From assembly GCA_039621445.1 (NCBI GenBank), contig CP154954.1:24750954-24814953 (forward strand): a stretch of 64,000 bases of DNA. Direction: 5' to 3'. A program made the translations under genes and the position numbers. This document shows positions 1-14,000 of the stretch, in pieces; within the stretch, counting starts at the first letter, position 1, and each line of letters opens with the position of its first letter. Origin of the DNA: Euglena gracilis (taxonomy: Eukaryota). The notes under the pieces are model-generated. The model ran no database searches. It saw nothing but the letters and a program-made list of their open reading frames with translations, and was not told the origin of the DNA.

Positions 1-151
1 CAGATTCATGGCCACCACGCAATTTTGCAAGTTTTTAGGGCCATAGATTCACTTGCTCAAGCATCGGACAGTGACAGTACTTCGTCGTTGGACAATTTGG
101 CCAGGGGGAGATGCAGGAGGGGGGCCCATCCAAAGAAGCCAGGACCCGCAC

Positions 152-2899
152 GTCAGACATTCGGGCCAACTCCCTGTGATACTCCACCTGTGGAAGGTAC
201 GAAAGACCACGACAATCATTACCTCCCAGAAACACTGTGCACTGCAAATGAATGGATCAACCTCCTCCTTCTGTTTGGAAATCTTTGCATGGAGGAATGC
301 CCCGTGGGAGATCAGCTGGACAGTCCAGTTATCCGCAAGGCGGGGGGCGTATGGACACCCATCTGCACACATGGTGCACTTTCCCATTCGCTGGCCCCCG
401 CCAGCGATGTGGGGCGCGTCCCACACCCGAGGGCTGCGGCGGAACAGCGACGCGAAAATGGTCTGGAAGTGGCCGTTGGTGCACCACGGCGGCGGCCGGT
501 AGCACTCGAAGAGGGCCCGGCAGGCCACGACCCAGCGGGCGACCTGCGACCCGGGCGGGGCCAGGGCTGCGCGGGAAGGCCCTGGCCCAGGGGGGGGGCA
601 GACTTTCATTTGGTGCGCCGCAGCCAAGTTTGCCGTGGCGCAATTTTTTTTTCCGCGGCGCACGCGGTCACAAAACTTCGGTGCCGCGGTGCACGCGGTG
701 CAGAAAAAATTTTCCGCGGTGCACTAAATGAAAGTCTGGGGGGGGGGGTCAGCCTCCCACACCAGCCATGGCGTTTCCGGGCTTCGGGGTCAGCCCTGCA
801 CGTGGCCTGCACCTGCGGCGGCTGCGCGAGGTGGCTGCTGTAGTGCGCCGCCCGGAGGGCTGGCGTGGGGCGAGCGCAGGCCCGCAGCGACCCCGGCCAA
901 CGGTCGCTCGACTGTCCTGGGGGCCCCGGGGGGGGGGGGTAGCAGTTGTCATGGAGGAGCAATGCCGGGTGGGCAAAGACCACGGCGGGCAAAAAAGCTT
1001 AACGGATGCCCAACTTGGACGAGTTTCGGTTTATGGCGGACACGGGATGTGTCCTCAACCGTGGCCGCCTCAGCCGGAGACAAAAAAAAAACATGACAAG
1101 ACAAAATGCTTTATTCATCTCGCTTTGCATGAAGCATGTGAGGCTTTGGATTGCACCTGAAACTCATAAAGAAGAACATGGGGCACATCATGAGAATCAT
1201 AAGTGCAGGGGGGGGGAAATGCAACTTGGCCCTTCAAATTATGCAAGTCAAAAAAATGCAAAAAAAATGCAAAAAAATGCAAAAAAAATGCAACTTGCAT
1301 GAAAACCTTGAGAAAAAGCTGGAATATGACAGAGCTTTGCTGCCTAAAATCAAAAAAAATTTCCAGGGCAAAATATTTTATGCAAAAAAACACAAAAAAA
1401 TGCAAAAAAATCCAAACATATGCCAACCAACTACAAAATTTTTTTCAAGGGCAAAAATATTTTATGTAAAAAATGCAAAAAAAATGCAAAAAAATCCAAA
1501 CATATGGCAACCAACTACAAAATTTTTTTCCAGGGCAAAATATTTTATGCAAAAAAATGCAAAAAAAATGCAAAAAAATGCAAATTTTGGGAAAACCTGA
1601 TTATGCAAAAAAAATGCAAATTATGCAAGTTGCATTCCCCCCCCCCCCCTGATAAGTGAGCCACAAAGGCTCCAGATCTGCTTTTGAGGACCAACATTGA
1701 CCAAAATGACCTTTTCAAAAAAAACCAAACGCTCTCTGAGGCGGACAGCGAAATAAGCATTTGCTCTTGACACCTGCAACATACCCCTCCTCATACAGTT
1801 GCTATGCAGAAATTCGGCAATGAAAGTGGAATAATAAATGCTCAAAGTTCTCCCAGGGTCCCTTCCTCCCCCCAACTTGTCCAAGGCACGCCAATGTCTG
1901 TTGACACAGGGGGCAGGGGATATTCAGGTCTTTATACTTGGGCGGAAAGAGGAAACCCCGAGACTGGATATGTATCCCATACATTTCTCATGGCTCAAAT
2001 TCACCAATTTTCAGCAAAATCGCAACTAGGCATCATTTTTTGACTTTTGACGACTACCGATCGCCAAAAACCAATTGATTGGAAAAAACCGCCGCAGGAA
2101 ATGAAAATGTTTTCCCATTCCGTGACCTGCGCGGCGCCTGTTGGCACACTGCGAGAGGAGGGTGTTATATTTTGGTCGCCAAACCAAATCCCCAGACAAA
2201 GCCAGAGGGTTTTTCATATTGTGGAGGGTACATATTGGAGAAACTAGGACTTGTGGGATTGTGAAGAGTTGCACAGATATTCACCCAATTAAGCATTTTG
2301 GCCCATTCATCTGGACCAGCAGGGCAACCGCCTGACAAATACAAAAACAACAACAAATATACCAGGGTTTGGTGCGAGGACAGGTAGGAGGTGGTATGGA
2401 CCACTCCTCCGGTCAAAGGCGGGATTCCCCTCCAATCCATCCATCCAAAAGCGGCACAGTCAAGGTGAACCACCAGGAAACTATCAGCCTTAAAATCGAC
2501 GCAAAATGCAACTTTGCACACTTTATGGGCAAAACTGTCCGAAATGCCAGAAGGGGAATATTGACCTTTTGGGGGGGGTCCAGAGTGCACTCCAGGGTCG
2601 GTGCCCCCTGGAAGGTAATGGGGGTTCAGGCTTCCCTGCGTTCAAGGAGGGGCAGGGACCATAGATCAGTGACCCCTGGGCTCTTACTGTCTTTACTATT
2701 CGGGGGAAACAAACAGCAACCAGTCTCCAGGTCGGAAGTTGTCAAAATGACCGCCATGACAAATTTCTCCGCCAAAATGCACCGAAAACCCCGACATCGC
2801 TGCCACCCCTGGAGAGGGCCACGCCCCGTTGCCCACGCCAGGGCAGCCGGTCGACGCCAGCCCCGCAGCGGCTGCGAGGCCCCAGAGGGGCACTGCCAT
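152..2899 (-). CDS. Alpha/beta hydrolase, ABHD1/2/3-YheT-like (5' part; continues past the left edge)
   Basis: Exons 2899-~2855 (MAVPLWGLAAAAGLA, tentative), ~847-802 (HYSSHLAQPPQVQAT), 556-427 (PGSQVARWVVACRALFECYRPPPWCTNGHFQTIFASLFRRSPR) and 187-152 (VEYHRELARMSD). The Y.P..W..NGH.QTI and V.Y.RE....SD motifs match the N-terminal motifs of this family. Intron 426-188 is GT-AG; intron 801-557 is stem-type. Confidence 0.75.
1207..1650. mobile_element. MITE-like element with an internal TGCAAAAAAA-rich repeat
   Basis: Ends GGGGGGGGGAAATGCAACTTG / CAAGTTGCATTCCCCCCCC are inverted repeats; no credible coding capacity; lies in the predicted first hydrolase intron. Confidence 0.55.
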
Positions 2900-4647
2900 A
2901 TGCTGTGGCCGGGGGGCGGAAGGGGCACCGGGGGAGGGGGGGGGGCGCTGGCTGGACTGCCCAGGGTCGGGGCAGCCACACGGGGAGGGGGCTCCCACGG
3001 CGCCCGGCCCACTTCAGTCCTTTGGTCGGACGGTCAGCCGAGGCAAACAAATAAAATGGCGGTCACCGTGGAGATGACCCGGGGTTCCGACCTCTGACTT
3101 AAAGTCGGAAACACTTTTGCCGGTGTTCCTTCAAATGCATTCCCCACTCATTTTGCCCATCGGATTCTCTTATGACTGGTCAATTCGTTGTGGCGGTCAA
3201 GGGCGGTTGAGGCCCACCCTTCTGCTTGCCCTCAAGGATATTGCCACCCTCCCAGGATTGACGACAAGGGGTGGTGGGGGTGGGGGGACACCCTCCCCCC
3301 CCAAACAGTGGTGCGGTCTGGGTGACCGATTTTTGGCCTGGCCTGAAGCGCCGGGCTGAAATTTTTGCGACAGGGCAACACTCAGGCTTCATCTTACCAG
3401 CCCCAGGGGTGCCTGGTGCTGTGGGGGGGTTATTTTGAGCTGGTTTTTGCCCACTCAGCCATTTTCACTTGAAAACAGCCATTTTCAGGCCCCGGAGCCT
3501 TGGCGCCGGGGTGGGGGGGGGCTCTACTGCACTACCCACCCAAAAGCCGAAAATGCCCGAGCCCCCGACCTGCCCATAGCACCCTTCCGGGGGGGGGGGG
3601 GCAGGAAGTTGGCGCCGACCATAAATAGACAAGAAGCCTTAGTGCAACTAAGGGGGGGGGGCAGGTGAGAACTTTCTCAAACCTGGCAACACTTCCTGGG
3701 CTGGCTGGTGGCCGCCACAAAATTGTGGTAGCTGGCCCCGGTAGTGTTACGGGGATAAGCTACATCATACCACTGCCTTTGGGTCTTTCATCGCTTTCTT
3801 CGAAAGCAACCAGAACAATGCGGGTGCAAAAGAAGGCCAAGACATCCACAGAGACTTGTACAGACCGCAGGCGCAGCGGCACAGGGCCAGGCAAAGGCAC
3901 AGAAAGGAAAGCAATAGAATAAGTGAACGGAGGCTGGCGATCAGACGTGGCAGCGGTCGCGCGCTGCTTCCCCTCGCACCCAGCACCTGTCACCCCCGTC
4001 CTCAGGCAATGAGGCCAGACTCCATGGACCACCGCTGGGTTGCTACGGAGAAATCCCCATCCACAAATTACAAATTATATCGCAGGAGGCCTGGGAGGGA
4101 CCAAAAAAAAGTCCGAGGCAGAGTTTCACTGACGACCAGCCGGGGCCCCAGCTACACATCTCTGTAAGGAGCCAGGGGGTTGCTGGGGTGGGGCTGGAAA
4201 TTTGGGCTGGCTAGCCCCCCCCCCCCTCCCCCGGCTAGGCCCGGCTGGACCTGAGCTGGGCCAGGTTGGGCCGCAATCACCTGGGAAACACAGTTTCGAA
4301 AAAAATGAGCACCTGACCCCCCCCACGCCCAAAACACCCCCAAAACACCATTTTGGCCATTTTTGAACACTTTTTTGCAAAAAAAATTGTGGGCTGGACC
4401 CGGCAAAAAAGGGCTGGCTAGCAGGGCCATGGCCGAGGCAGGGCTCCCCCCCCCCTGGAGGGGGTCGGTTTTGGTCCCTGGTGCCTGCCAACCCAGCCAA
4501 TCTTCCTTTAAAGAGGCACCCCGTTACCTTTGGCCCGGGGGGGGGGGGGAGTGCTATGGCATTTCCCACCCCAAAACCCGACCCCCTGCCTGCCAATAGC
4601 ACCCCCGGAGGGGGGGGGTGAACTTCCTTGAAAAGAAGCCTGGCCAC

Positions 4648-4648
<1 letters not shown>

Positions 4649-4681
<33 letters not shown>
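4649..4681. repeat. (CA)n microsatellite
   Basis: Direct reading. Confidence 0.95.
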
Positions 4682-4685
<4 letters not shown>

Positions 4686-6515
4686 AGCTTCTGGGAGCCC
4701 TGAGAATCAGGCTGCCAATCAGGGGGACAAGAGGCTGCTCCTGCTCCGGTCTGGTCTGTTTTGTGCCATCGCAGCGGAGGGGGAGCGGCCCACCAGGATG
4801 CGGGTCAGTGGCCAGGCACAGCATCGGGGGCAGTGGGGAGGCAAAGGCGACCACAGCGGTCCAGGAGGGCACAGCGGGGAAGGCATGGGAAGGGGCTTGC
4901 ACGAAGGTGCAGGCGGAGAAAGAACAAAAGGCAGCCAGCTCGGGCCATGCTGCGTCCTGTAGCCAACGGTGATGCTCCGTTGCAGACAGAGAACACAACA
5001 AACTCAGAAATTATGAAAAATGAAAAAAGCAAAAGATAGTCTGTGGTGTACACTCAGCTGCTCACAAATGCACTCATCCGCTCAATCGCATGATAATGAC
5101 TCAACTCATAATGACTCAACTCATGCTGGCATTGGTTCATAATGAACAGAAAGAGGAGAGCTATTGGCAGGAGTCCCACATTTGCCGATATGTATTTCAG
5201 TGTCAAAGACCCAGCACAGCAGTAGCACCTACAGGCGCACAGGCAATGCTGCGACCGATGTGGCAGCTTGAGAGGTGGTGCCACTCATTTCCTTTTGTCT
5301 GGAAGTGAGCCAAATGCACAAAGTGCACAAAGGATTGCGAGATTTCATTTCCGAGACGATACGTTGGATCCGGCTCACATGCCCGCCACAAAAAAAAATG
5401 CAGAAGAAAACTTTAATTTTCATTAGACATTAAAATTGATGGCACTCAATCCAATTTACCAGGTGGCAATGCACAACCATACTCGGGGATACAGTCAACA
5501 AGGGTCGACAAAGGGGGTCGACAAATCTCATCGAATACTCAAGACGCAGTGTCGCTTTTCAAACCCAGGGTGGAGGGACTTGAGCAGACTTACACAGATG
5601 CTCAGAGGAAATACCGAATAGAAGAAAGACAATGGAATACGAAAAAGGAAACCGAAGCAAACCGGAAAGCGAGCATTTCACGTGGTATACACCCGCGGCT
5701 GCGCGGCTCCCACCGCGGCAGTCGGGGGACAGCGGAGGGCAGGGCGGGGGCGGGCACCGGCGCTGCCAGCGAAGGCGCCCCGCGCCACTGCGGACCGACC
5801 CACCCCCTGCACCCCCACGGCTGGATGGCACAGGGGGGGGGGGACAGGGCTGCATGGGAACAGTGGCTGGACCGCCACCCACCACGACACCACACAAGCG
5901 AAATTTCCTTTGGTGCCTTCGGCGCCGAAGGGAATTTTGGCCTAAGAAGTGGCTCACCTGGAAAATATGGGAAGGCCTGGGGGTTTGACCCCCCCACCAG
6001 GATTGGGGTGGGAGGTCGACCCCCCCCCTGCCACCCATGGGGTTCGGGGGGGGGGGGCTTCTATGCTGCCAGCCCATGAGCCAGGGGACGGGAGCACGAC
6101 CCCTCTGCCGGGGTTGCAAATGGGGGCACATGGCTGGGCGCAAGCTGTCCACCCGCACAAAAGGAACTCAGCCATTGAGGCTGAGAACGACGGCCACGGC
6201 TGCCAGCACAACCCACCTTCCCTGAGCCGGCTTGGGGGGGGGGGGGTCGGCTCATCCAGCCTTGCCCCGGGGCACACAGCAGCAGCACCCGCGACAGCAG
6301 CCGCACGCTCACCCCCGGTGTCCGCCTGGGGTGCGGTGCTGGGCTGCCCACACTGTGTCACAGCCCGGTCAAGGCCGATGGACAACCACGCAGATACGCC
6401 GGCAGGGACCCATGCTTGCGACAGGCAGAGGACGACTCCGCTCGACCTGCAAAGCGTGGCTGTTGGTATGGTCACCTGGTTCAGGTTCTTCGTCAGGTGT
6501 CACCAGGACTGAGAC

Positions 6516-6690
6516 TATATATATATATATATATATATCTATATATATATCTATATATATATATCTATATATATATCTATATATATATATCTATATATAT
6601 ATATCTATATATATATCTATATATATATATTATTATATATATATGTACATATATAATTATATATAATTATATATAATACATATATGCTAT
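6516..6690. repeat. (TA)n/TATC compound microsatellite
   Basis: Direct reading. Confidence 0.95.
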
Positions 6691-8049
6691 ATGTAATCAA
6701 TGGACGGACTATGAGCTGGTGATTCTGCATTTCTGATTGAATTCTCAGGTTGCGGTTTCAGGAACTTGGTGAGCTTTTTGAGACCTGCACTGGTGGCTTT
6801 CAAAATCGAAATGCCAAAAAAAGGGAACATGATAATGGTAGGTTGGGTGATCTTCGGTTGGGCTGCTTTTTTTTTTAACCAAACCCGGGGGGAGGGGGGG
6901 TCCAGAGTGTCCTTGAGTGCCTGCCCATGCAGGCACTACCCCCCCCCCGGGGTCGGATTTCGGCCTGTGCCCAGGAACTTTCCTCAGAAAACAGGCCATT
7001 TTCCTTGAAAATAGGCCCTTTTTTAATCCTTCCGGCGCCTTCGGCACCTGCTGGGCATTTTTGGCCAAGTGCCCGACCCCCGGGGGGGGGGGTAAGATTT
7101 GGAGCGCCTTGGACTGCCTGCCCAGGCAGACACTCCCCCCCCGGGGTGGGGTCGGCACCCGACTAAAATACAGCCTGGTAGTTGTGTCTCACCACATCAG
7201 CTTCAGGAGTTTCTGGGCTATCGAAACTTCTGAGAGATAGACAGCAAAAATAGAAGTAAAATGGACAACAAAAGAGCTTCTTGGGTAGATGGCAAAGCCG
7301 GTGCGTCGAGAGGAGGGCAAAATAGAGATGAGTTAGTATTGCCCATGCTGCAGCATATAAACACCCCGGAATAGAAGCCCTCCCCCCGGGTTTTCACCAA
7401 CGTTCTAAATAGTGCCCCCCCCCCCCCCGAAGCCATTGGTTCAATGAGGGTTGGTTTAGTTTACGCTTAGGGGCGACAGAGGGTGCAGAGAAAACACTCT
7501 CCGCCACAACCGCGTCCTCATTGGACGCGTCAGAAGATGCATCGGAAGCATCCAATGCATCCACAAGAGTAACATTTTGCAGCACAATTGATATTGCTGG
7601 AAAAGGACATATGGACCCACGAAGAAATTTATTGGATAATGCTCAGACCCCTTGGATTTAGACCACTTTTCCGAATAGTTCCCCCCCCCCCCGAATAGAA
7701 GCCCCCCCCCGCAGTTTTCAACCAGTTTTCCGAATAGTAGCCCCCGGGGGCTTCTATTCGGCGGGGGGGGGGGGCCAAATGGACCAAAACTCTCCAAAGC
7801 CATTCATCACTAGCCATTTCAGGAGTTTGATTTTGAGCCAAATTCTCCATCATCCATATATCCCCCAAGTCGCTCATTTGTTGTTATTGGGACAACTTTT
7901 GGTAAACCATCCGTCATGGGGGAGGAGTCCAAACCTTGCCCGCGGTGGGTGATATGCGTCCCTTTCAAATAGAAAGCAGGGCAATCGCAGGGGTAAACGG
8001 TAACCACCCCGGATGCGCTTAAGGAAACGGTTTCCGTTGCCGCCGGCCT

Positions 8050-11000
8050 TCAGTTGGCCGGGGACGTAGTGTTCTCCGCGGCGGCGGCGTGGAAGGCGCG
8101 TGGCCTCACCGAGACTGTGGCAGGGGGCGGGCTCTGACTGGCGCGGGGAACGAATGGGGAAATGGTTCACGTCCTGTGGTTGAACAGCACCCCGCCCCAC
8201 CCACTTTGCCCAAGCAGTGGATTCCTGATAGAAAGGACCCACAACCGACAAATGCTCCGACTCCGAGTCGGAAGATTAATCTGGCAAGCCGGGGGCAACC
8301 TTGAAATTGGACATTGTGCAAAGTGGGAAACTCCGTGGGAAAAAGCATTTTCTGTCCATTGCAACTCATAGAGCACCCCCCCCCCTCCAACGGACCAACC
8401 GCCCATCAAAGGAACGCCCATTCTTTTTTTCAGGGGAAGGGGAGGTTACACCACTCTGAATACTAGATTTATGCAGCTGCTGCGCAAGGGCACAACTGGC
8501 CACATATTTTGAGTGTGCAAGCTGTCACACTGTTGTGAAATTGCACAATGTGGCCGTTGTGCATGGTGGGTTTCGAGAGCGGTGCTGGAACAGTGGAAAG
8601 GTCTCAACACCAGAGAGGCCAGCGGGACAAAACACAATACAGGACAGGTGGATGGCTGCCTTCTCGATCAGGTCGTATTGAACTCGGCAAGTATTGTACA
8701 ACCTTCTCCCCAACCCCCTGGCCAAACGAGAAGTTGAAGACAGCTGGTTGGCCGCGGTGGGGCACCGCCACCTCCGGCGCTACCGTCGGCCAGGCGAACA
8801 CCGGGTTGTGTTGCGCCGGGGGCAGGACCGGGTTGGGGGAGGCTGGGCGGGAGGCGACCCCACCACCACCACCCAACCATCAGGCTTCCGAGGGCCCTGA
8901 CCCGCCCTGGCTGTGGGTCCGTTGATCGCCCACGTCTCCAGCCGGGCGGCCATCATGGCGGACGTCACTTTGGTGTCAGGCGAGGCCTCTGGCGCACTCG
9001 TGCCGGGCCCTTGCCAAGCCGTGCTGTTTGCGGTCCCGGTCCTGCTCGGCCAAGGGCTGCGACCACAAACGATACAATTGGTCTGTGGGTGGCCCGGTGC
9101 GGGTCGCGGTCGCATGCGGCCGTGGCCACCGCACGGAACCCGGAAGCTGAGGGAACCCGTCAGGCAAGTAAGTTAGAAAGGTGGTATGGTGGTGCTGGAT
9201 GGCTGGAGGCATGGGGCTGCACTGCACAAAAGTGGGAAAATGGGGAAAAAACAGAGAAACCCAAAATACACGCGGGATGCAGGATCGATGAAAATTCTTT
9301 TTCCGTGAAAATGTCATATCAGTATCAAAAAATCCTTCACGACCGAATGCGACTCTCCAGCAAGGGCATTCAATACAGTGGGGGATGTTGCTCGGGGAAT
9401 TTCTTAAAGACACTGGGGGGGGGGTCAGCCAGCCAGCTGGAAAAAGATGCTGGCTGGAAAAAGGGTGCTGACTGGACTCCCACTCCCTTGGGGGGGCCAA
9501 GGGGGGGGGTACTACCAGCTGCCAGGCTGGACGCAACTACCACCCGAAAGCAGCCAAAAAAGCAAAATCCAGCTGGGTTGGACTTTTTTGGGGTGAAAAA
9601 AACAACCAAAATTGGCCATTTTTGACAACTTTTTTTTTCAAAAGATTCCAGTCCAGCCCAGCTTCGCCAGGCTAAAAAAAATTGTATTTCCGCTCGCCTT
9701 TGCGCGGGGGGGGGGGTCCGCAGCCCAGCTGGGAGCTGCTGGCTGGAAAAAAGGAGCTGGCTGGCTGGACCACCACCTAGGTACCCCTAGGTAGTGGCTG
9801 GCACCCTACCCCCTTGGGGTAGGGTGGGGTTCAGCTTAAGAATTGCCTGATGTTGCTGGCTGGCTCAATATGTGTCATGGCCAAGGTGGCACTGATGGGC
9901 CAAGGTGGCTCGAAATTAAGTTCCGGTTCATCCGTATGCCTTTCAGCCAGGCTGGCGGGCACAGAGGAGAAGACCACTCCCCCCCAGGTTGGTGAGGACG
10001 GGGGCGGAGGTCAACTTCCCGGGTGGGACAGGAGTTGGCCAGACCCCAGGGTTCAATATAAAAGCACTCACTGGGGTCCCACTCACCCAGGGGGGGGGGT
10101 CCGGGTGGGTCAGGCCCCCCAGTCCGGGAGGGCGGGTGGTGGGACACCCCCCACCTAAACCTCGTACACCTCCTTATGTGGAACCCTGCCTGACCCTCCC
10201 GAACAAACTGGTGCTTTTCAACCACGGACACCAAAACAATTCACATGCAGCAATTTTTGGTCCCATTTTTTTTGCCCAAAAAAGGCAAGAATTTGAGGGA
10301 GGCCAAAACAGAGGGAGGGTATGAAGCGAATAGCAATTGGGGGAGGTAGGTGGACCTACCCCCCCCCCCGGGAAACTGTCACCTGACAGGTTGGCCAGTA
10401 CCGGGGACCCTGACAACTTCCTATACTGACAGGTTGGCCGGTAACAGGGACCCTGACAGTTTCCCGGGCGGGACCCTGACAGTTTCCCGGGTAGGGCATT
10501 TCAAGGGAAAATCAATGAAAAATGACCCTGACAGGTTGGCCGGTACCGGGGACCCTGACAGTTTCCCGGGCGGGACCCTGACAGGTTCTCGGGCATGACA
10601 GTTTCCCGGGGGGGGGGTAGGTAATGTCTTCCTTACCAAAGCACTTCACATATGCAACCATGAAGCATTTGCTGTTTGCTATGTGTGGGGGGGGGGCGGT
10701 GAGGGGGGATGCCGGGGGCCTCTCGATGCCGCCCTCCAGCGCAAACAGGTGGCGGCTCTTCTCCAAGTCGTAGCGGGCAGCGATGCCGTTGGAGGGGTGG
10801 CCGCGGCACAGCGGGTCGACCCGCCAATCGTTGTACCGCAGCAGCTTTTTCCCGGCCAGGGATGAGAGAGAGGCTTCTGTGTCCAGCCCATATGGGGGGG
10901 AAGAGAATACCTCCCCGGGAAACTGTCATCTGACAGTTTGGCCGGTTTTCGGGACCCTGACAACTTCCTGTACTGACAAGGGCCAGTACCACACGGACCC

Positions 11001-14000
11001 TGCCAGGTTCTTGGGTTTAACAGTTTCGCGGGGGGGGGGGTAAGAGCTTCAAAAAAAGCAGGAAATGACCGGGGTTTGAAAAAATGGCAGGTGGGGGTGT
11101 CCTCCAACACAGAAACCTTAACTCCAGAAATCCACCTTGTGTTAAACCCTAATCATACCGCCTATGGTGTAGAGTCTGAGGTAGCAATGGGGTTGGGTTT
11201 CTCTTTCCTACCACTCATCTCTATTCAAGTCCGCCAAACTTTCGACTTGTGGGGCCCGCTCAGCAAAAATGCGTGCTCGTGCGCAGTGGTTGTGCCGCCT
11301 GGCACGTACAAACACATGAGCCGAGTTGAAGCTGACCTCAAAAGGCAACACAACTTAGAGCAATATGCGAACAAGTCTGAAATGTGTCCAAAGAAATGCA
11401 AATGATGTCTTCACAAACGGATATGAACCACTGTCATAAATGAAATATTGAAAGAATTGTTCATAATAACAAAGACGGGCCAACTCATTTCCCAAAGCAT
11501 GAGCATGTCTCAAACATGCAAAAAAAAATAGATAATATACATACAAAAAACATACAAAAATGGGTAAAGCCCAGATTCTTCAACAATAAAGACAGTCAGT
11601 GCCAGCTCGCGACCAGCTATCATCATGTTTCCGAGCGAGGTGCATTTCCTGGAATCCACTCCGCTTGTACACGCTGTCGAAATATGGGATGTTGTACGAC
11701 GCCCAGTACCCCCTCTGGTTCACGATGGACGTCATGTCTGCCACTTCCAGCAGACCTGGGGTCTGCTCCGGGGGCAGAGCACCGGAAACCAACACGAGGA
11801 ATGAAATTTCTGCACGATTTTTGTTTCCTGACAGAAAAGACAAATGCAACCAGTGAATGAATGGTGCTTTGAAGACAGCCACCATGGGCGTACTTGAACT
11901 TTCTGGAGTCCAGATTTGTCCCCAGTGTTCAGCATCTGCAGGAGCAGCCAAGCAAATTGCACGCCTCTGCTGTTGAGTGACCTTTACAGAAAAAAGTCCG
12001 GAGAGAAATCAAAGCTGGCTGCCGCGCCAGGGCCCTGGGCACCACGATGAGGCCCCCCTCCTGGAGGCCCACCCCCGGCGCGAACTGTGCCAGGTCCAGC
12101 ACCATCCACTGGTTGTTGTATGTGCCGCTGTTCAACATCGAGAACGGTGGCCGGGGGGGCCCGGGGACTTGGGAGGTTCCGACGGGGGCGTCGCCGTATT
12201 ACGGAGGAGGTCCAGCACAGAGGCTTGAAAATGGGGCTGGCAGAACGAAGCTGGCGGCTGGCTAACCGCCCCCCACCAGTATCCCTGAGACAGTGAGAGC
12301 TGGAATGGGTCAAACCTGACACACAAAATTGAGACTGCAAAAAAAAGCAGAGCAAAAAAGCAGCCAGGCTTTAATCTGTGAAGGCCATCCCATGTAATTT
12401 TAGCCCATTATGGCACCTTCAAAATCGAAAAAAAAGAATTCAGGGACAGAACCCAAACCCAGCGGGGAAAGGACATTCATGCTCCCTGGGTTCACTGCCG
12501 ACCTTATGTCGGGGCGCCGAATGGCTGAGAGCCTTGAAACACTGGCATCGGCGGACACTTTGGAGGACAGGTCCAAGAGGAGGTCACCAGCTGCACCAGA
12601 CAGGTTGAGGATCCGTGGGAGTGGGAGGTTTATACCCCCATCACCCCCCTGGGGAGAAACCCAAGTGTTTCCTAAATCCGGGGACATGTAGTGCATACGG
12701 TCAGAAACGATGGCAATGGGTGGTCAACAGCGCATAAAATGAAAAATAGGGGTCAACCCCCCCCTTTAAGGGGTACCGAATCAGCCCAATCCCGGCCCGT
12801 TAAAGATGGGGATGAGCCAGACCACCCTCAGCCCCCTCCCCACAGGGTCCAACCTGGAGCGGAGCCAGAGGAGGAAAACAATCATGTTATCAGACGTTGC
12901 CCGGACACTGAAAAAAATGGAAAAAAAACGGGGCGGACAAGACAAAAATAAAAGGGGGAACCTTGGAAACGAGGAGGAAAAGGGGGAACCTTGCATGAAG
13001 GTTCCCCGCACGTCCGAGGTGGAGGGAACGGAGTCGAATGGTGGCGCATTGGCGGCCCTTTGGGGACGGAGGGCCGCCCCGGGCAGTTGAGCCCACTGCG
13101 TCGCGGAGCTGGCGAGCACATTGGCGGCGTAGGCCGACAGCAGAGGGTTGCGGAGGCCCCAGAGGGGCAGAGGAGGGGGGGGGGGGGCACAGCTTGTGGC
13201 AGCTGGCGGGGGGGGGGGAGAGAATACGAGAGCCAGGTGTGGTGGCGGTCAAGGGCTGTTCGGGAGGCCCGCCCGGTGGGTGGCTGTCGGCAGCCCTGCC
13301 TGGAAGGGGTAGCCAAACCCCCCCACCGAGGTATTAAATGAGTGGGGGGAGGGGGTCTGGACCCCCCTCCCCCTGTGCAAGAAATCTTTGGGCCTTGAAA
13401 AAAGCCCCAAGACACATTTTTGCACAGTTTTTTTTATTAAAAAAAATCCCCAAAACAGACACCAAAAAATTCAGCTTCTTTGGTGCAAAGTGCATGGAGA
13501 ATTCTTTTAGAGTTCAAGAGGGTGTCCCAGACACCCCCTCGGTCTGAAGAGGGGGAGGGGTCTGCACCCCTCGCCCTCCCCCGCAAACCAACGCGCACTT
13601 AATACCCTGCTCCCCACCAACCACAGCAGTTTCCAGGATTCTCCTTCAGCCCCGGGGGCTGCGTCCTTCCATGCACCATCAAAGGCGGTCATCCTGCACC
13701 AACTCAGGTTCGATATCAGAGCAGGTGGAGGGGGTCAGACCCCCCCCCCACACCTAAACTGCGATGCAGTCAGGGAGACCGAAATGTTTTGCTTCCAAAA
13801 ATCAGCTGGAAATGCCATTTTGGTTTCTTTTTGGGTAAAAAAAAAATTGGCAAGAAAAGCAAAAAAATTCGGCGCAAAGCGGCAGAAGGAAAAACCTGAT
13901 CTTTGGGTAGGGGGTCCCGGGTTCGGTCTGGACCTTGTTGGGTGGGAGGGGGTGGTGCAGAACCCCCCTTGTAGTCCAGGGGAGGGGGGACCCGACCCCC

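Noticed and set aside
1006-1760. Lys-rich KKMQKN ORFs
   Set aside because: Translations of the TGCAAAAAAA repeat inside a TIR element.
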